This document shows, piece by piece, positions 12,659-24,110 of a stretch of 42,432 nt of DNA (the stretch's first letter is position 1; every line of letters begins with the position of its first letter). The translations under genes were made by a program, and so were the position numbers. Origin of the DNA: Calcarisporiella thermophila CBS 279.70. Its lineage: Eukaryota > Fungi > Calcarisporiellomycota. The notes under the pieces are model-generated. The model was not told where the DNA came from. It saw only the letters and a program-made list of their open reading frames with translations, and searched no databases. The stretch spans positions 25,975-68,406 of the forward strand of contig NW_027192235.1 of assembly GCF_041956535.1 (NCBI RefSeq), read 5' to 3'.

Positions 12659-13279
12659 CTGAGCGATGGAGTATATACTGAACTTTATTATATCCAGTTG
12701 ACTACGGAATAAATGTCAAAATAATAAATTGCTCTTACGAGATTCTAGCTCTAGTATTGTTATGGTACTGTGTATGAGAATTTCGTAATATGTATGATGG
12801 ATCAAAATAGGCCAATGATGGGTTAGTTTTCATAATTCGAGTTAACAAGAATTGAAGTGTAGATTAATGATTTACCAAAATCTTATATCACTTTGGATCT
12901 AGAGTAATTAGTAACCACTTTTTTCCATGCGCCCAAGTTCATAGTCAATACAAGCTTTCCATCATACTGAAAATCAGCAATTGTTAGAGCAAAGATATAT
13001 GCTTTGGACAACTGACCCGGACAACTTAGTATTTCCCCTTGGATACAAATCCCTAGTTTCACCAATGGGGACCCTGAAATCGGAATGCTGGGAATAAAAT
13101 TCACATCGTGGGCTAGTAGTAAGTTTTGGAAATTCAGTATATAAAAAGTTCTCTTGGTGAAATTTTTAATAAAGTTATATTTTGTGAATCGTTGTATTTA
13201 CTTTTCGTTATAAAAAGCTCTTATATTCGCGCTTTGTACTTCTCAGCATTTTCCCGCTTTTTTATAATCTCATCAGGCC

Positions 13280-14969
13280 ATGATGGAGATAGTCACTCTC
13301 GTGGCGGTAATCTTTGCTTGTTTTGGTGGACTCCTTTTTGGTTATGATATTGGGATTATTGGTGGAGTGCTTGTAATGAAGCCCTTTCATAAGGAGTTCA
13401 ATCTCACAGATGAGAACTCAGCAGAGCTTTCAGGAAATATAGTATCATTACTGCAGGCTGGATGTTTCTTTGGCGCATTGTCAGTGCAACTAATTGCAGG
13501 TAAATCAACTAATGTGCTTAAAATATCGCGTCAATGCTAAATTTTTTTGTTTTGATATGATGCAAGATACATTGGGTCGAAAACTCTCCATTTTGATCTC
13601 TGCATTAGTATTCGTGATAGGAGGGTTATTACAAACTATTGCCAGTACGAATTTGGGATTGATCTATTCGGGACGTCTGATTGCTGGAAGTATGTTTCAT
13701 CATTTCATTTTATATTATCATGTTTTAGAATATTTACAATCCTTTATGTTCAAGTTGGTCTTGGTGCAGTGTCAATGTTAGTCCCAATGTATGTTGCTGA
13801 AATTGCGCGCAAAGAAAACCGAGGACGTCTTGGCTGTCTCTGGCAACTATTTATTGTGATTGGAATTGCAATATCTTACTGGACGAATTATATTGTCATA
13901 CGACATATACCAGAAACTGAAAATTTGCAATGGCGTATACCGCTTGGCCTTCAGATGGTGCCGGGTGTTCTCCTTTTTCTTGGAATGATTTTTATGCCCC
14001 GATCGCCTCGTTGGCTATGCTCTCAAGATAGAATAGATGATGCTAGAAAATCACTGGCAAAGTTGCGGCACTCACTTCCAGACGACCCGGCAATATTGGC
14101 TGAGATCGATATGATTCGGGAAAGTATAGAAGAAGAACGGAAGACGGCGAGCAGTTGGAGAGAAATATTTATGGTACGAGTGAATAGGAGAAGGTTGATT
14201 GTCGGATTGTTACTCCAATCTTTCCAGCAGTTCACAGGAACGTAAGTATTTTGATTTCTATTGTTATTGATCGTAGCGCAAGAAAACTTAATTCCTGATA
14301 TTTTTATTTTAATTTTATAACAGTAACGTTATCAATTATTATACCCCCACCATTCTCAAATCTATTGGGCTTGATTCTACGGAAACCGATCTACTGGCAA
14401 CGGGGCTATATGGAATGGTCAAGATACTTATAACATTTATTTGTATAGCTTTTTTGATTGAGCCTGTGGGAAGAAAGCCTCTTCTCTGGTCTGGGGCACT
14501 GATCATGATGGCCTCTATGTTCATTGTTGGCACAAGTGTCAAATTCGCGAATCTTAACCCTGAGACAACCGGCACCATCTCCGCCGCAGGATACGTTGGG
14601 ATAGCTGGCGTCTATCTTTTTGCCTTTGGTTATTCCTACAGCTGGGGCCCAATTGTTTGGGTACTCACAAGTGAGATTTTCCCTAATCGCATTCGTGCTA
14701 AATGCGTTTCGCTTACCACTGCAATCAACTGGTTCTTCAATGCAATTATTGGCCGATTCTCGCCCATTCTACTTAAAAAGATTGGATTCGGATTGTATTA
14801 TATATTCGGATCATTCGCTGTGTTGATGTTTCTTTTCACGGTTTTTTTTGTGCCAGAAACTAAAGGGCGCAGTTTGGAAGAGATGGACGAATTGTTTGGA
14901 TCGCATAGTGAGCAAATTCAACAAGTACTTGAAGAAGGGTCAGGAAAACCTGTTAGCGTGGCCAAGTAA
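13280..14969 (+). CDS. MFS sugar porter family transporter (4 exons)
   Basis: [25 protein letters not shown]...[49 protein letters not shown]. Confidence 0.96.
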
Positions 14970-16252
14970 TTCATGGAGACGGATGAGCAATGAGCAGATG
15001 CTACAGATTGATAGGTGGATTATGTTTCAATGCTTAATGTATAACTAGCATTCGTCGCTTAACTCTTAATTTTACCTACACATATTTATTTATTTAATAC
15101 TTGTATTGAGCAATGCAAATTTTATTTAAATAGCATTATTTGAAAGCAATGCTCTTACATTAAGAATACTTGAACGAGGGTTTGAGTGCTACCATAAATA
15201 ATTCAATTTCCATACCTCCTCATGAAATTACAGCTTGGACTCGAAATCTAGGATAGATTATTATATCCTCTTGAGACTCGTCATCATCCAATTGTATTAA
15301 AATATTACTCAAGATTAGACTGATTAGACTGATATGTCCCAAAAGAGAATTATGCCATTTAAACCAACCGGAATATTTTTTCCAATTCAAAGTAGTATAA
15401 TTAATACAATTGTTACTTTGTATTTGGTCATACTAATCACACCTTCACAATAAACTTTGATACCAAACCAGAGATTTAAACTAATTATGTAGCATATTTT
15501 CAATAGCAATTTCGTGAGGAAATAGTGTAACTCTCGAATCTTAAAGCACATTGTAAAATTAGTTGATGAATTGGCTAATCCACTGATATCATAACATTAT
15601 CAAAAAGATGGGGATAACCAGGAAGATTTGGCTTATTTAATAATCAACAAATAGAAATTTTCATATGGTAATATCGAGAGGTAGACAAATTTGTCCTACA
15701 TGCGTTGAAGAATTTTTTACGTTGAATGAGACCAATCAAGTATAAATAATGCTTGTGAGAATCTAGAAGAATAATAAATTCGGCAATGTCCATTAGATCT
15801 AACCTATTAAAGTTCTATATGATACTTAACGTGTTCCCTAAAGATAGTTGGATACTAACAAAGTATAAAAGCATGAAAAATTTCCAATTATTATAATATA
15901 TAGTATAGTCTGAAGTAAAATTTAAATAGAATTGGGCTCATCGAGATTTTTTTAAAGTAGATTCCTACGAGTAGTATGGATTAAAAAACAAAAGGTTATC
16001 GAGTAAAATATTTCTAAAATGTGGTTGAATGTTTACTCAATTACGGAATCTAAAATTTTAATAAAAAGATTATTTATGACAAAGAACTGAAGCTCTCCAT
16101 ACTAAATACAGTATATCACTCCTGTTTATTTAAATTCAAGTTAATTCTCTACTTGAAAATCTCAAGCATTTGGTCCAACAAGCAAATTATAAAAGCAGAA
16201 AATTTTCCTCAATCTAATCTATCCGTATACATTTAAAACCAGTTAAGTGTCA

Positions 16253-17246
16253 ATGCGATACATCATCATTTTCGTAGTATTTTTTCTCGTAGCAACGGTA
16301 GTGCACTCGCAAGTTCTTGACGACGTCAATCCACTCATCATCGGCGGTATTCCAGTTAAAAATGAAGAACTTCCTTTTGCAGTGCAAGTTACAGGTGTCT
16401 CCGATGAATCTCGTACCCTCAAATGTTCTGGGGCTATACTTACCGATCGAGCAGTGATCACTGCGGCACACTGCTTAGTGCTAGCTAAGAATATAACGGT
16501 CACTTATGGCGACGTGAAAATTTCAAGTAAAATCATTTGGCTATGGATCCAGGCAAATATCAGTTATTAATTTTGATTTATTTAATCAACGAAGAGGCCT
16601 TGAAGGCTGAACCCAAGGAAATTGTAGTTCACGAAGGATTTGGTGGAATAGTCTTTGTAAGTGATTAGATTGGCAACATTCTTCAACACTTCCTTTACTA
16701 AGCCTATTTTTATTTCACTTCGTAATTAGAACGATATTGGTATTATATTTCTGAAAAACCCTCTAAGGTTCAGATCGAAAGTTAGGCCTGTCAAGATTGA
16801 TCAAGAAGCACCAAAAGCAAACATGACATTGACAGCTGCTGGGTGGGGCATTACCTCTCCGAATTCTCCTGATACTCCAGATCAACTCCAAAAAGTAGCT
16901 CTTAAAGTGGGGACAGTTGAACTATGCAAAAAAGAAGAACCTTTTTTTAGTGGCCTTGACGGTCCTGAAATATGTACTGCGCCCACCAAAGGTAAATCAG
17001 TGTGCTATGGAGATCATGGGGGCCCGCTCTATACTATTAAGGCAGGAAAGAAATTGTTGGTTGGAATCTGGTCTCGCGGGAGCAATGGCAAAGGATGTGC
17101 TGGTAAGTATTTTTTGCTTTTTTACATTATGTCCGCCAGTATTAAATCTGTTGAATTGTAATTAAGATGGAATCAAGGTCGATTTCTTTACTCGCGTTGG
17201 CTGGTATGTCAACTGGCTCAAAGATAAAGGAGTCAATATTGCTTAG
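16253..17246 (+). CDS. Secreted trypsin-family (S1A) serine protease homolog, catalytic Ser replaced by His (4 exons)
   Basis: Signal peptide, IIGG mature N-terminus, CSGAIL, TAAHC, NDIGII, AAGWG, CYGDHGGP (instead of GDSGGP), FTRV..YVNW. Confidence 0.93.
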
Positions 17247-17966
17247 GGGCAAAAACCCTATTTTCGATTATTGTTTTCCATCATTTTATATTTTCTACTT
17301 CGAAGGTCGTCTTTTTATCTATACTATATTACATTAAAATCGTGCTAAAATATTTTGATCAAGCTGTTTCATTAATGCAATCCTAACTCATGGTGAACTG
17401 CGGGTCGCTAATCAAAATTCATTTAAATTCTAAGCTAAATTACCAATAACATGGTATTGTTAGTTCACAATTATTCAATCGTGTTAACTTTACCAGAGTG
17501 ACCAAGCCAAATAAAACTCGTTTTAGTCCAATATATATTTAAGAAATCATGGAAGCACAGATATTCGCACTGGATAGAGCACATACTGTAATTTCCAATA
17601 ATTTCTTGTAGGACAATTTTCGATTTCGATTCGTCGACTGTAAAGCATTATACAGAAGTAGCAAATATTCTATCCACGACTTTCATTATTGCAAGAAGAG
17701 ACAATTTACTAATTATCCTTATTTTATAGTTCAAAGATTGTCCGTCTAACCCCTAGTTCGCAAGATAATTAATACCCAATTTGTACTTAATAAATTAATA
17801 TTTATTAAAAGTATCAGTGAATTTAGGGTGGATATTAAAAAAAACTGCCCCCTGGAAACATGGAATTTTGCCCTGGAATAAAAATTGAATTCATCATTTT
17901 TTGGAATTGAGAAAATTTTGATTTTCCATTGCATTTTGTTTTTCATAACTAGCTCTATTGCAATAA

Positions 17967-19360
17967 ATGATGAAAAGGCGATTTAACTTTAGAAAACTTC
18001 TTTGCCTATTAGCTCTGATTACCGTCTACTATATTCTTTCTTCTTCAAAGAGTAGAGCACCACCAAACAATAATATCCTATCAAAAGAAGAATATTACAA
18101 TATGACAGGGCGCGCTCGAGCGGCGTTTGTCGTCCTCGCTCGCAATTCAGACATTCATGGAGTGAGGCAATCGATGCAAAAAATGGAGGATAGATTCAAT
18201 CGGAGATACGGTTATCCGTGGATATTTCTGAATGATGTAGAGTTTAGTGAAGAGTTTAAGGAGATGACAAGGGCGATGACAAGGGCTCCCGTGTATTATG
18301 GTAAGAATAAATGTATTATTCGATGTTGATACATTATTCTCTAATGTTTAAGTAGGTTTGGTACCACAGGAACACTGGCATGTCCCTCCATGGATTGATA
18401 AGTGGAAGGCAGCAAAAGCAAGAGAAGAGATGAAAGAAAAGAATATATTTCAAGGCAACGATTTAACTTATCAGCAAGTGCTTAGGTAATTTTTTTTCTT
18501 TCAAAACTCTAAATTCTCTTTAATCATAAACGGTTGCGACTTTATTAGATATCTTGCTGGTTTTTTATATCGTCACCCTCTATTACAAAACTATGACTAT
18601 TATTGGCGAATTGAGCCGGAGGTGGAATTCTACTGTGATTTGGAATACGATCCATTCGTTTTCATGTTAAAAAATGACAAAAAATACGGTAAATACATAG
18701 CTCTTAAGTGGTTTTGTATTAGAAGAGTATTTATCCTATTCTCTATATCACATTACTTATAGGCTTCACCATAACTATGAGTGAAAAAGAGGACACTTTC
18801 AAAACATTATGGGAAAGAACTCGTCAATACATCGATGCAAATCGATACAATATTCCTTTTAACAACTCTATTGAGTTTATCAGCTATGATTACGGTCACA
18901 ATTTTAACAACTGTACCTTCTTTTCGAATTTTGAAATTGTTGATATGAGCCTATGGCGAAACAGTGCCTATGAGAATTTCTTCCGTCATCTGGACAAAGC
19001 TGGCGGCTTCTTTTATGAGCGATGGAGCGACTCGATGGTGCACACCATTGCGGCTTCGCTGTTGTTGAGATTGGATCAAATTCATTTCTTTAAAGATATA
19101 GGGTTCAGGCATAAGTCTTTACAGTAAGTATTTTTGCCTTTGTCAATTTAGGAATGCTTTACATTTATACTGCCACTAGATATTGTCCCCTAAAACGAAG
19201 TCTTCTCCTAAAATGCACTTGTCATCCATTCAGTACCATGGGTAAAAAAATCATTGTATAAGCGCATTTATTGTGATCATCTAATTTTTAACTTTTTTTA
19301 GCTTCACACCCACTCTCATGCATTCCTAGATGGTTCGATGTGGCGAAAACTTCTTTTTAA
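17967..19360 (+). CDS. GT15 (KRE2/MNT1/KTR family) alpha-1,2-mannosyltransferase-like protein (6 exons)
   Basis: Type II TM anchor, AAFVVLARNSD, EDRFNRRYGYPWIFLND, YDYYWRIEP, YDPF, SNFEI, LDKAGGFFYERW. Confidence 0.94.
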
Positions 19361-19984
19361 TACATTTAATACTTTATTGAATTTTTACCGTACCTCGAGA
19401 TTTTTGAATATATAAGAAAGCCAAATTTATATATTTAACTAAAAGTACAAATAATCACCTTAAAATATAAAGCAATATCATTATTGGTAGATGTCGATGA
19501 GTTGGGTAAAAGCAGATGTAGACCCAAAATAACTTTAACCTAATAATTTACCCAGGTTAATCCTATATATCTAGAGGTAGTAGCCTTATCATTAGACCTC
19601 TCACTGAATAGTGGCAATAAGGGTGGTGGCTGATTTATGCAAAGCTTTGCCAATAAGCGGAAGTAAAATGGATATCCGCTTCACATTCATAATTTCTATA
19701 GCAATGTAATTCAGCTATCTAAAAATATCAATTTTCTTTTCAAAATCTTCTGACCATATAAATAGAAATTAATAGATCATATAAATATCAATTCATAATG
19801 CCAGCGATGCGATAACAATGTCAGGAAGAATCTAGAAAAAGCAGGTAAATAAAAAAAATACAGCTAAAAAAGTTAAAAAGACTTTCTACATTCTTGTGAC
19901 ACTGATCTGATGCGTTGTAAATAACAAGAAAGATCAAGAATGTAACGAGAGAATTTCTATATTATTTCTAACTCTCAATCCAGT

Positions 19985-21943
19985 CTAAAACTTCATGCCT
20001 TTCTTCAGATGCAACTTGTATTCCTCTATCGTGCCTTGCCAAGGTGTGATTTTGCCGCCCTCACACATCCAGATTTCATCGGCGACTTGTGAAATTAGTC
20101 GAAAATCGTGACTGACAACCACAACGCCACCAGTGAACTTTCGGATGCCTTCAGCAAGAGAATCGATGCTTTCCATGTCTAAGTGATTGGTCGGTTCGTC
20201 TAATAGAATGATGCCAGGGGCGCGGAAAGCAAGCTCGGCAAAAACTAGCCGTGACTTGAGACCGTCCGAGAGCTGCGAGATAGGTCCGGTCTGATGTTCA
20301 CCAGTAAGACCGAAACGTCCAACCTTCCGGCGCCAGAAATCTATTCCTTCCTTAACGTCTGGGAAAGTACGTTGCATGTACTCGATAGGGCTAATTTCGG
20401 GTATGAGCTGATCGGCTGAATGCTGTGAGTATTTGCCAAGCTTGAGAGCCTGGTGACGTGTGATACGACCCGAAGTGGGCTCAAGTTCTCCGCTCATGAG
20501 TTTAAGGAGGGTTGACTTGCCAGCACCGTTGGGCCCTACTAGAGCAATACGAGAGTCCATGTCTACACCTAGGTCGATATTCTTGTAGAGAAGTTTGTTC
20601 ATATCGCCTGAGTAAGAAAAGCACATTTGGTCGAACGAAAGAACGGGTGGGGGGAGCTTGGGAACATCAGTGAAGCGAATCTTAACAACAGGAGGATCGA
20701 CAACCTTCTGGATAAGCCCATCGGCCTCCATTTTGTCAATGATTTTCTGCTTGGATTTAGCCTGGCGAACAAGATTAGCATAGGTACCAGCAGATGCAAT
20801 GAATTTTTTAATATGGGCAATCTCGTCCTGCTGTTTGTGGTAAGCTTTCATCTGGTTGGTTTCAAGTTCAGCCTTTGTGCGCACGAAGGTGTCGTAGTTG
20901 CCACCGTAGTAGACAAGTTTTCGTTGGTGGTTCAGATGCATGATATTTGTGCAGACTCCATTAAGAAAATCTTGCGAGTGGGACACTATGACCAGAATGC
21001 GGTCGTAATTCCTGAGATATTCTTCGAGCCACACACAAGCCTCTAGATCAAGATGGTTCGTTGGTTCATCAAGAAGTAGGAGCGTAGGCCTGATGAAGAG
21101 AGCACGGGCGAGTGCAACGCGCATACGCCAGCCACCAGACATATCTTTGGTCTTTTTTTTCATTAGTTCTGGTGTGAAGCCGAGACCATTTAGAAGAGTA
21201 CATGCTCTTGTCTCGAATGTAGTAGGGTCCAAGTCTTCTATGCGCTCATAGATATCCTCCAATAGCGGATTGTCAGCACCATCAGGCTCACTTAAAATAT
21301 CCTCACTTTGTTTCTCAAGGCGCTCAACTTCTTTCTGTGCTGCCCCTATAACAGCTTGTATAGCGTCTACGTCTTCAGGCTCGGCTTCCTGATTGAGCAA
21401 AAATATATCAAAATGATCGGGGATAGCAATATCACGGGCTGCTAGAGATGCCAAGAAGGTAGATTTTCCAGAACCATTAGCACCGATCAGACCATACCTA
21501 TATTAGCAATACATAAGAACAGATTAATCATTACATTGTCGGTTTTGTTCAATGAAACTTGGAGTAAACATTTAAAACGGGACATCAATTTCATCCATGT
21601 GGAAATCAAGAAAAAATAATTACCTTCTTCCAAAATTAAGTTCAATAGTTGCATTTTCGATCAATACACGACCGTGATAATCAAGTGAAAAACTTTCAAT
21701 TTTGAGATCACGGGACTTCTCCTGCATGCCCAGGACGCCGGTAGCAGTACGGTTAATATTGTTTTTCTCTTTGAGGTTAAGACCATCAAGTGTGAGATCG
21801 TCTGCCGAAGTCGATGTTGAAAGACTCGACTTTGGCGTATTTGTACCATTAGTGGAGGTTGGCGTTGTTGATTTAGACCCTTTAGCCTGAGCCTTTGCAG
21901 CACGCTCGGCGAGCCGCTTTTGTTTAGATGCAGAGATCGGCAT
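19985..21943 (-). CDS. ARB1: ABC-F family ATPase ARB1/ABCF2 (2 exons)
   Basis: SASKQKRLAERAAK N-terminus, ELNFGRR|YGLIGANGSGKST, SGGWRMR, two LLDEPTNHLD, GTYANLVRQAKSKQKIIDKM, LSDGLKSR; no TM segments. Confidence 0.96.
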
Positions 21944-23180
21944 TTAGTACTATACTGATTTAGTTGGAGAAGGGAGAGAAGTTAGGAAACTTAGAGAACA
22001 AAAGAGAGAGCGATATGATCTTATCTTAATACTGTTTGTATAAATGCTTTTCCGCAGCATTATTTTGGGAAAAGGAAAGCTCACATTGGACGAAGATAAT
22101 CGAGCAGTCACAGGAGACTAATAATCGTACGCATCGTTTTGGGTTACATGCAACCGAATTCGTAATGTATTAGCGCCCAGGCCAAAATGAAAGTAGAAAT
22201 TTCATTGTGACTACTGAAACTCAAACCTGTTAGCAAGTCATTCGAAAAGAGTTTAGTTCACATGTATGTCAAGTTCGATGCACATTTGTGATGAAGTTGC
22301 AAGTTAGCATATCAAGCAAGAGATGACGAAATAAGTTTTGCGTATTACTTATATAATGATCAATACATATGATACTATATGTCACTAGTCTTTTTTCGAG
22401 TATCCAATTAGGGTTAATGGGCCTTGAGAGAAATTTTCATCTCCAGTCAGAATCGACTCATTGCTCAGATATTCAATTAGATAAAAATTCTCACGATGAT
22501 GGCTTGTTCGCATTAATTATACTAGTAATGATCCCTAGTGATTTCTAAGGAGTGGGTTAAACTCTGTTAATTGTGATCAATTCTGGCGACGTATTAGGTA
22601 TTCTTATGAGAGGTAGAGTTAGTTTTACATAAGCTCAGCTGGTTCAATCGGAATATATACAGATAGCTGTAGCTCACATAACCGTTTTTATACTTGGCAT
22701 TTTTAAAGATAAAGCTTTAAAATTGCGGAAAAATGGCGATTTTTGCTAGTCATTTTGTAAATAGCTTTAAATTTAGAAAGAGTTGGGGATCAAACTACTT
22801 CGATAACTATGAAGCTAGATTTTTGTGGAATTACTCTTGCTAACGATGTTTTCCGACAAGGTGAAGCCTAAAGATAAATGATGGATCATAGCAAGGGACG
22901 AATATTACAATTTGTGAATTGGAGATGAGCTCATGTCTTAATACCTCGTTTTAATTTGCGCTATCGTTTAAAGTAAATGATTTCACACAATTTTTCGACA
23001 CAATTCAGTGCCTTCCCCTCTGATAAAACCAGTATCCATCCAAATTATAGTAGTTCATTAGAAATTAGCTGTATAGCGGTTAATAGTTTGAAAGTGCAGA
23101 GATTTCATAAGAAATAGAGTCTGTAATTTCGTTTATTATTTAATCATTACATGAAATATGTCAACCTTGTATAGACTCAT

Positions 23181-24110
23181 TTAGTGTTTCATGTGCCTAT
23201 CGAACCAGTCAATTAATTGCTCGGGATTATTGGGGAAGTAATTGTAACCATCGAAGCGGCGGGTGGTTCCTTCGATCCAGAAGAGTTTTTTGTCTTTGCA
23301 GTCAATATTGGCAAAAATGGCCTCGATATCACTAGGCTCGGTCATAATGTCATCATGAACTTGGATGATGAAGGTAGGCCATTTGATTGCTTTGGCATAT
23401 GGAATCGGGGACATCTCATCAACTCTGAAACTGTTGATCAAGCGAGTATCCTCACATACTTCGTCGAACATATCGGGAACACCCAAAATTTTGCAAATCT
23501 GTTTAAAGAATGGTCGCATAGAGACGGGCTGAGGAGAGACCTGGCACAAAACATCCTTAAAGTACTCAGGATACTTGGCGGCAGCAATCATGGTGGAGTT
23601 AGCACCAATGCATCGGCTGTAGAGGCCGATCTTCATGTTCTTAAGGTCCGGGCGGCTCTTGACGTACTTCAGTGAGGCAGCGACATCTCGGCTCTCGTAA
23701 TATCCATTTCCGGTAATACCACCATTGGCAGCTCCAGAGTGTCCGTGGTTACGAAGATCATAGCACAGGACATTGTATCCAGCATTGTGGAGATTCTTGT
23801 AGTCGGGCATGAAGTTGACCTCAAAGTCATTGCCACCAGCACTACCAATTGATTTCCATGGCTCTAAGTTGCCGGGGAATCCGGAACGATTCATCCAAAG
23901 AACGTGGTTGCAAATAATGAGAAGATTTGAACCCTTGCAGGGAAAGAACCAGCCCTCAAGAGGGGTACCGTCAAGGGAGGGAAAGAAAATCTCCTCGTAT
24001 TCGAGTCCATACTCTTCGGGTTTGTGGATCAAGGGTGAGCGGATTGGGTGAGCAAAGGCCTCAGCAACACCTTTAAGGGCGGCACTGGCTTGTTCCTTTG
24101 TCATAGGCAT
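23181..24110 (-). CDS. Intronless alpha/beta-hydrolase-fold protein with Cys at the nucleophile elbow (309 aa from ATG 24110)
   Basis: YEEIFFPSLDGTPLEGWF, GYNVLCYDLRNHGHS, elbow GLYSRCIGA, acid QVHDD; TATAAAAA on the minus strand about 65 bp upstream. Confidence 0.9.
   Translation of the reverse strand: MPMTKEQASAALKGVAEAFAHPIRSPLIHKPEEYGLEYEEIFFPSLDGTPLEGWFFPCKGSNLLIICNHVLWMNRSGFPGNLEPWKSIGSAGGNDFEVNFMPDYKNLHNAGYNVLCYDLRNHGHSGAANGGITGNGYYESRDVAASLKYVKSRPDLKNMKIGLYSRCIGANSTMIAAAKYPEYFKDVLCQVSPQPVSMRPFFKQICKILGVPDMFDEVCEDTRLINSFRVDEMSPIPYAKAIKWPTFIIQVHDDIMTEPSDIEAIFANIDCKDKKLFWIEGTTRRFDGYNYFPNNPEQLIDWFDRHMKH

Noticed and set aside
17845-17880. Doubled tgccc(c)tggaa motif upstream of GT15
   Set aside because: Two short copies cannot be distinguished from chance without genome-wide data.
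9435-19360. fluG, MFS, protease homolog and GT15 as a biosynthetic gene cluster
   Set aside because: Co-orientation only; there is no backbone enzyme or shared pathway logic.
20599-21903. Overlapping ORFs inside ARB1 (20599-20820, 20627-21046, 21661-21903, 21702-21890)
   Set aside because: Antisense or alternative-frame shadows of a conserved gene, with no motifs.
23217-24051. Plus-strand ORFs opposite the hydrolase
   Set aside because: Explained by codon bias of the sense gene.
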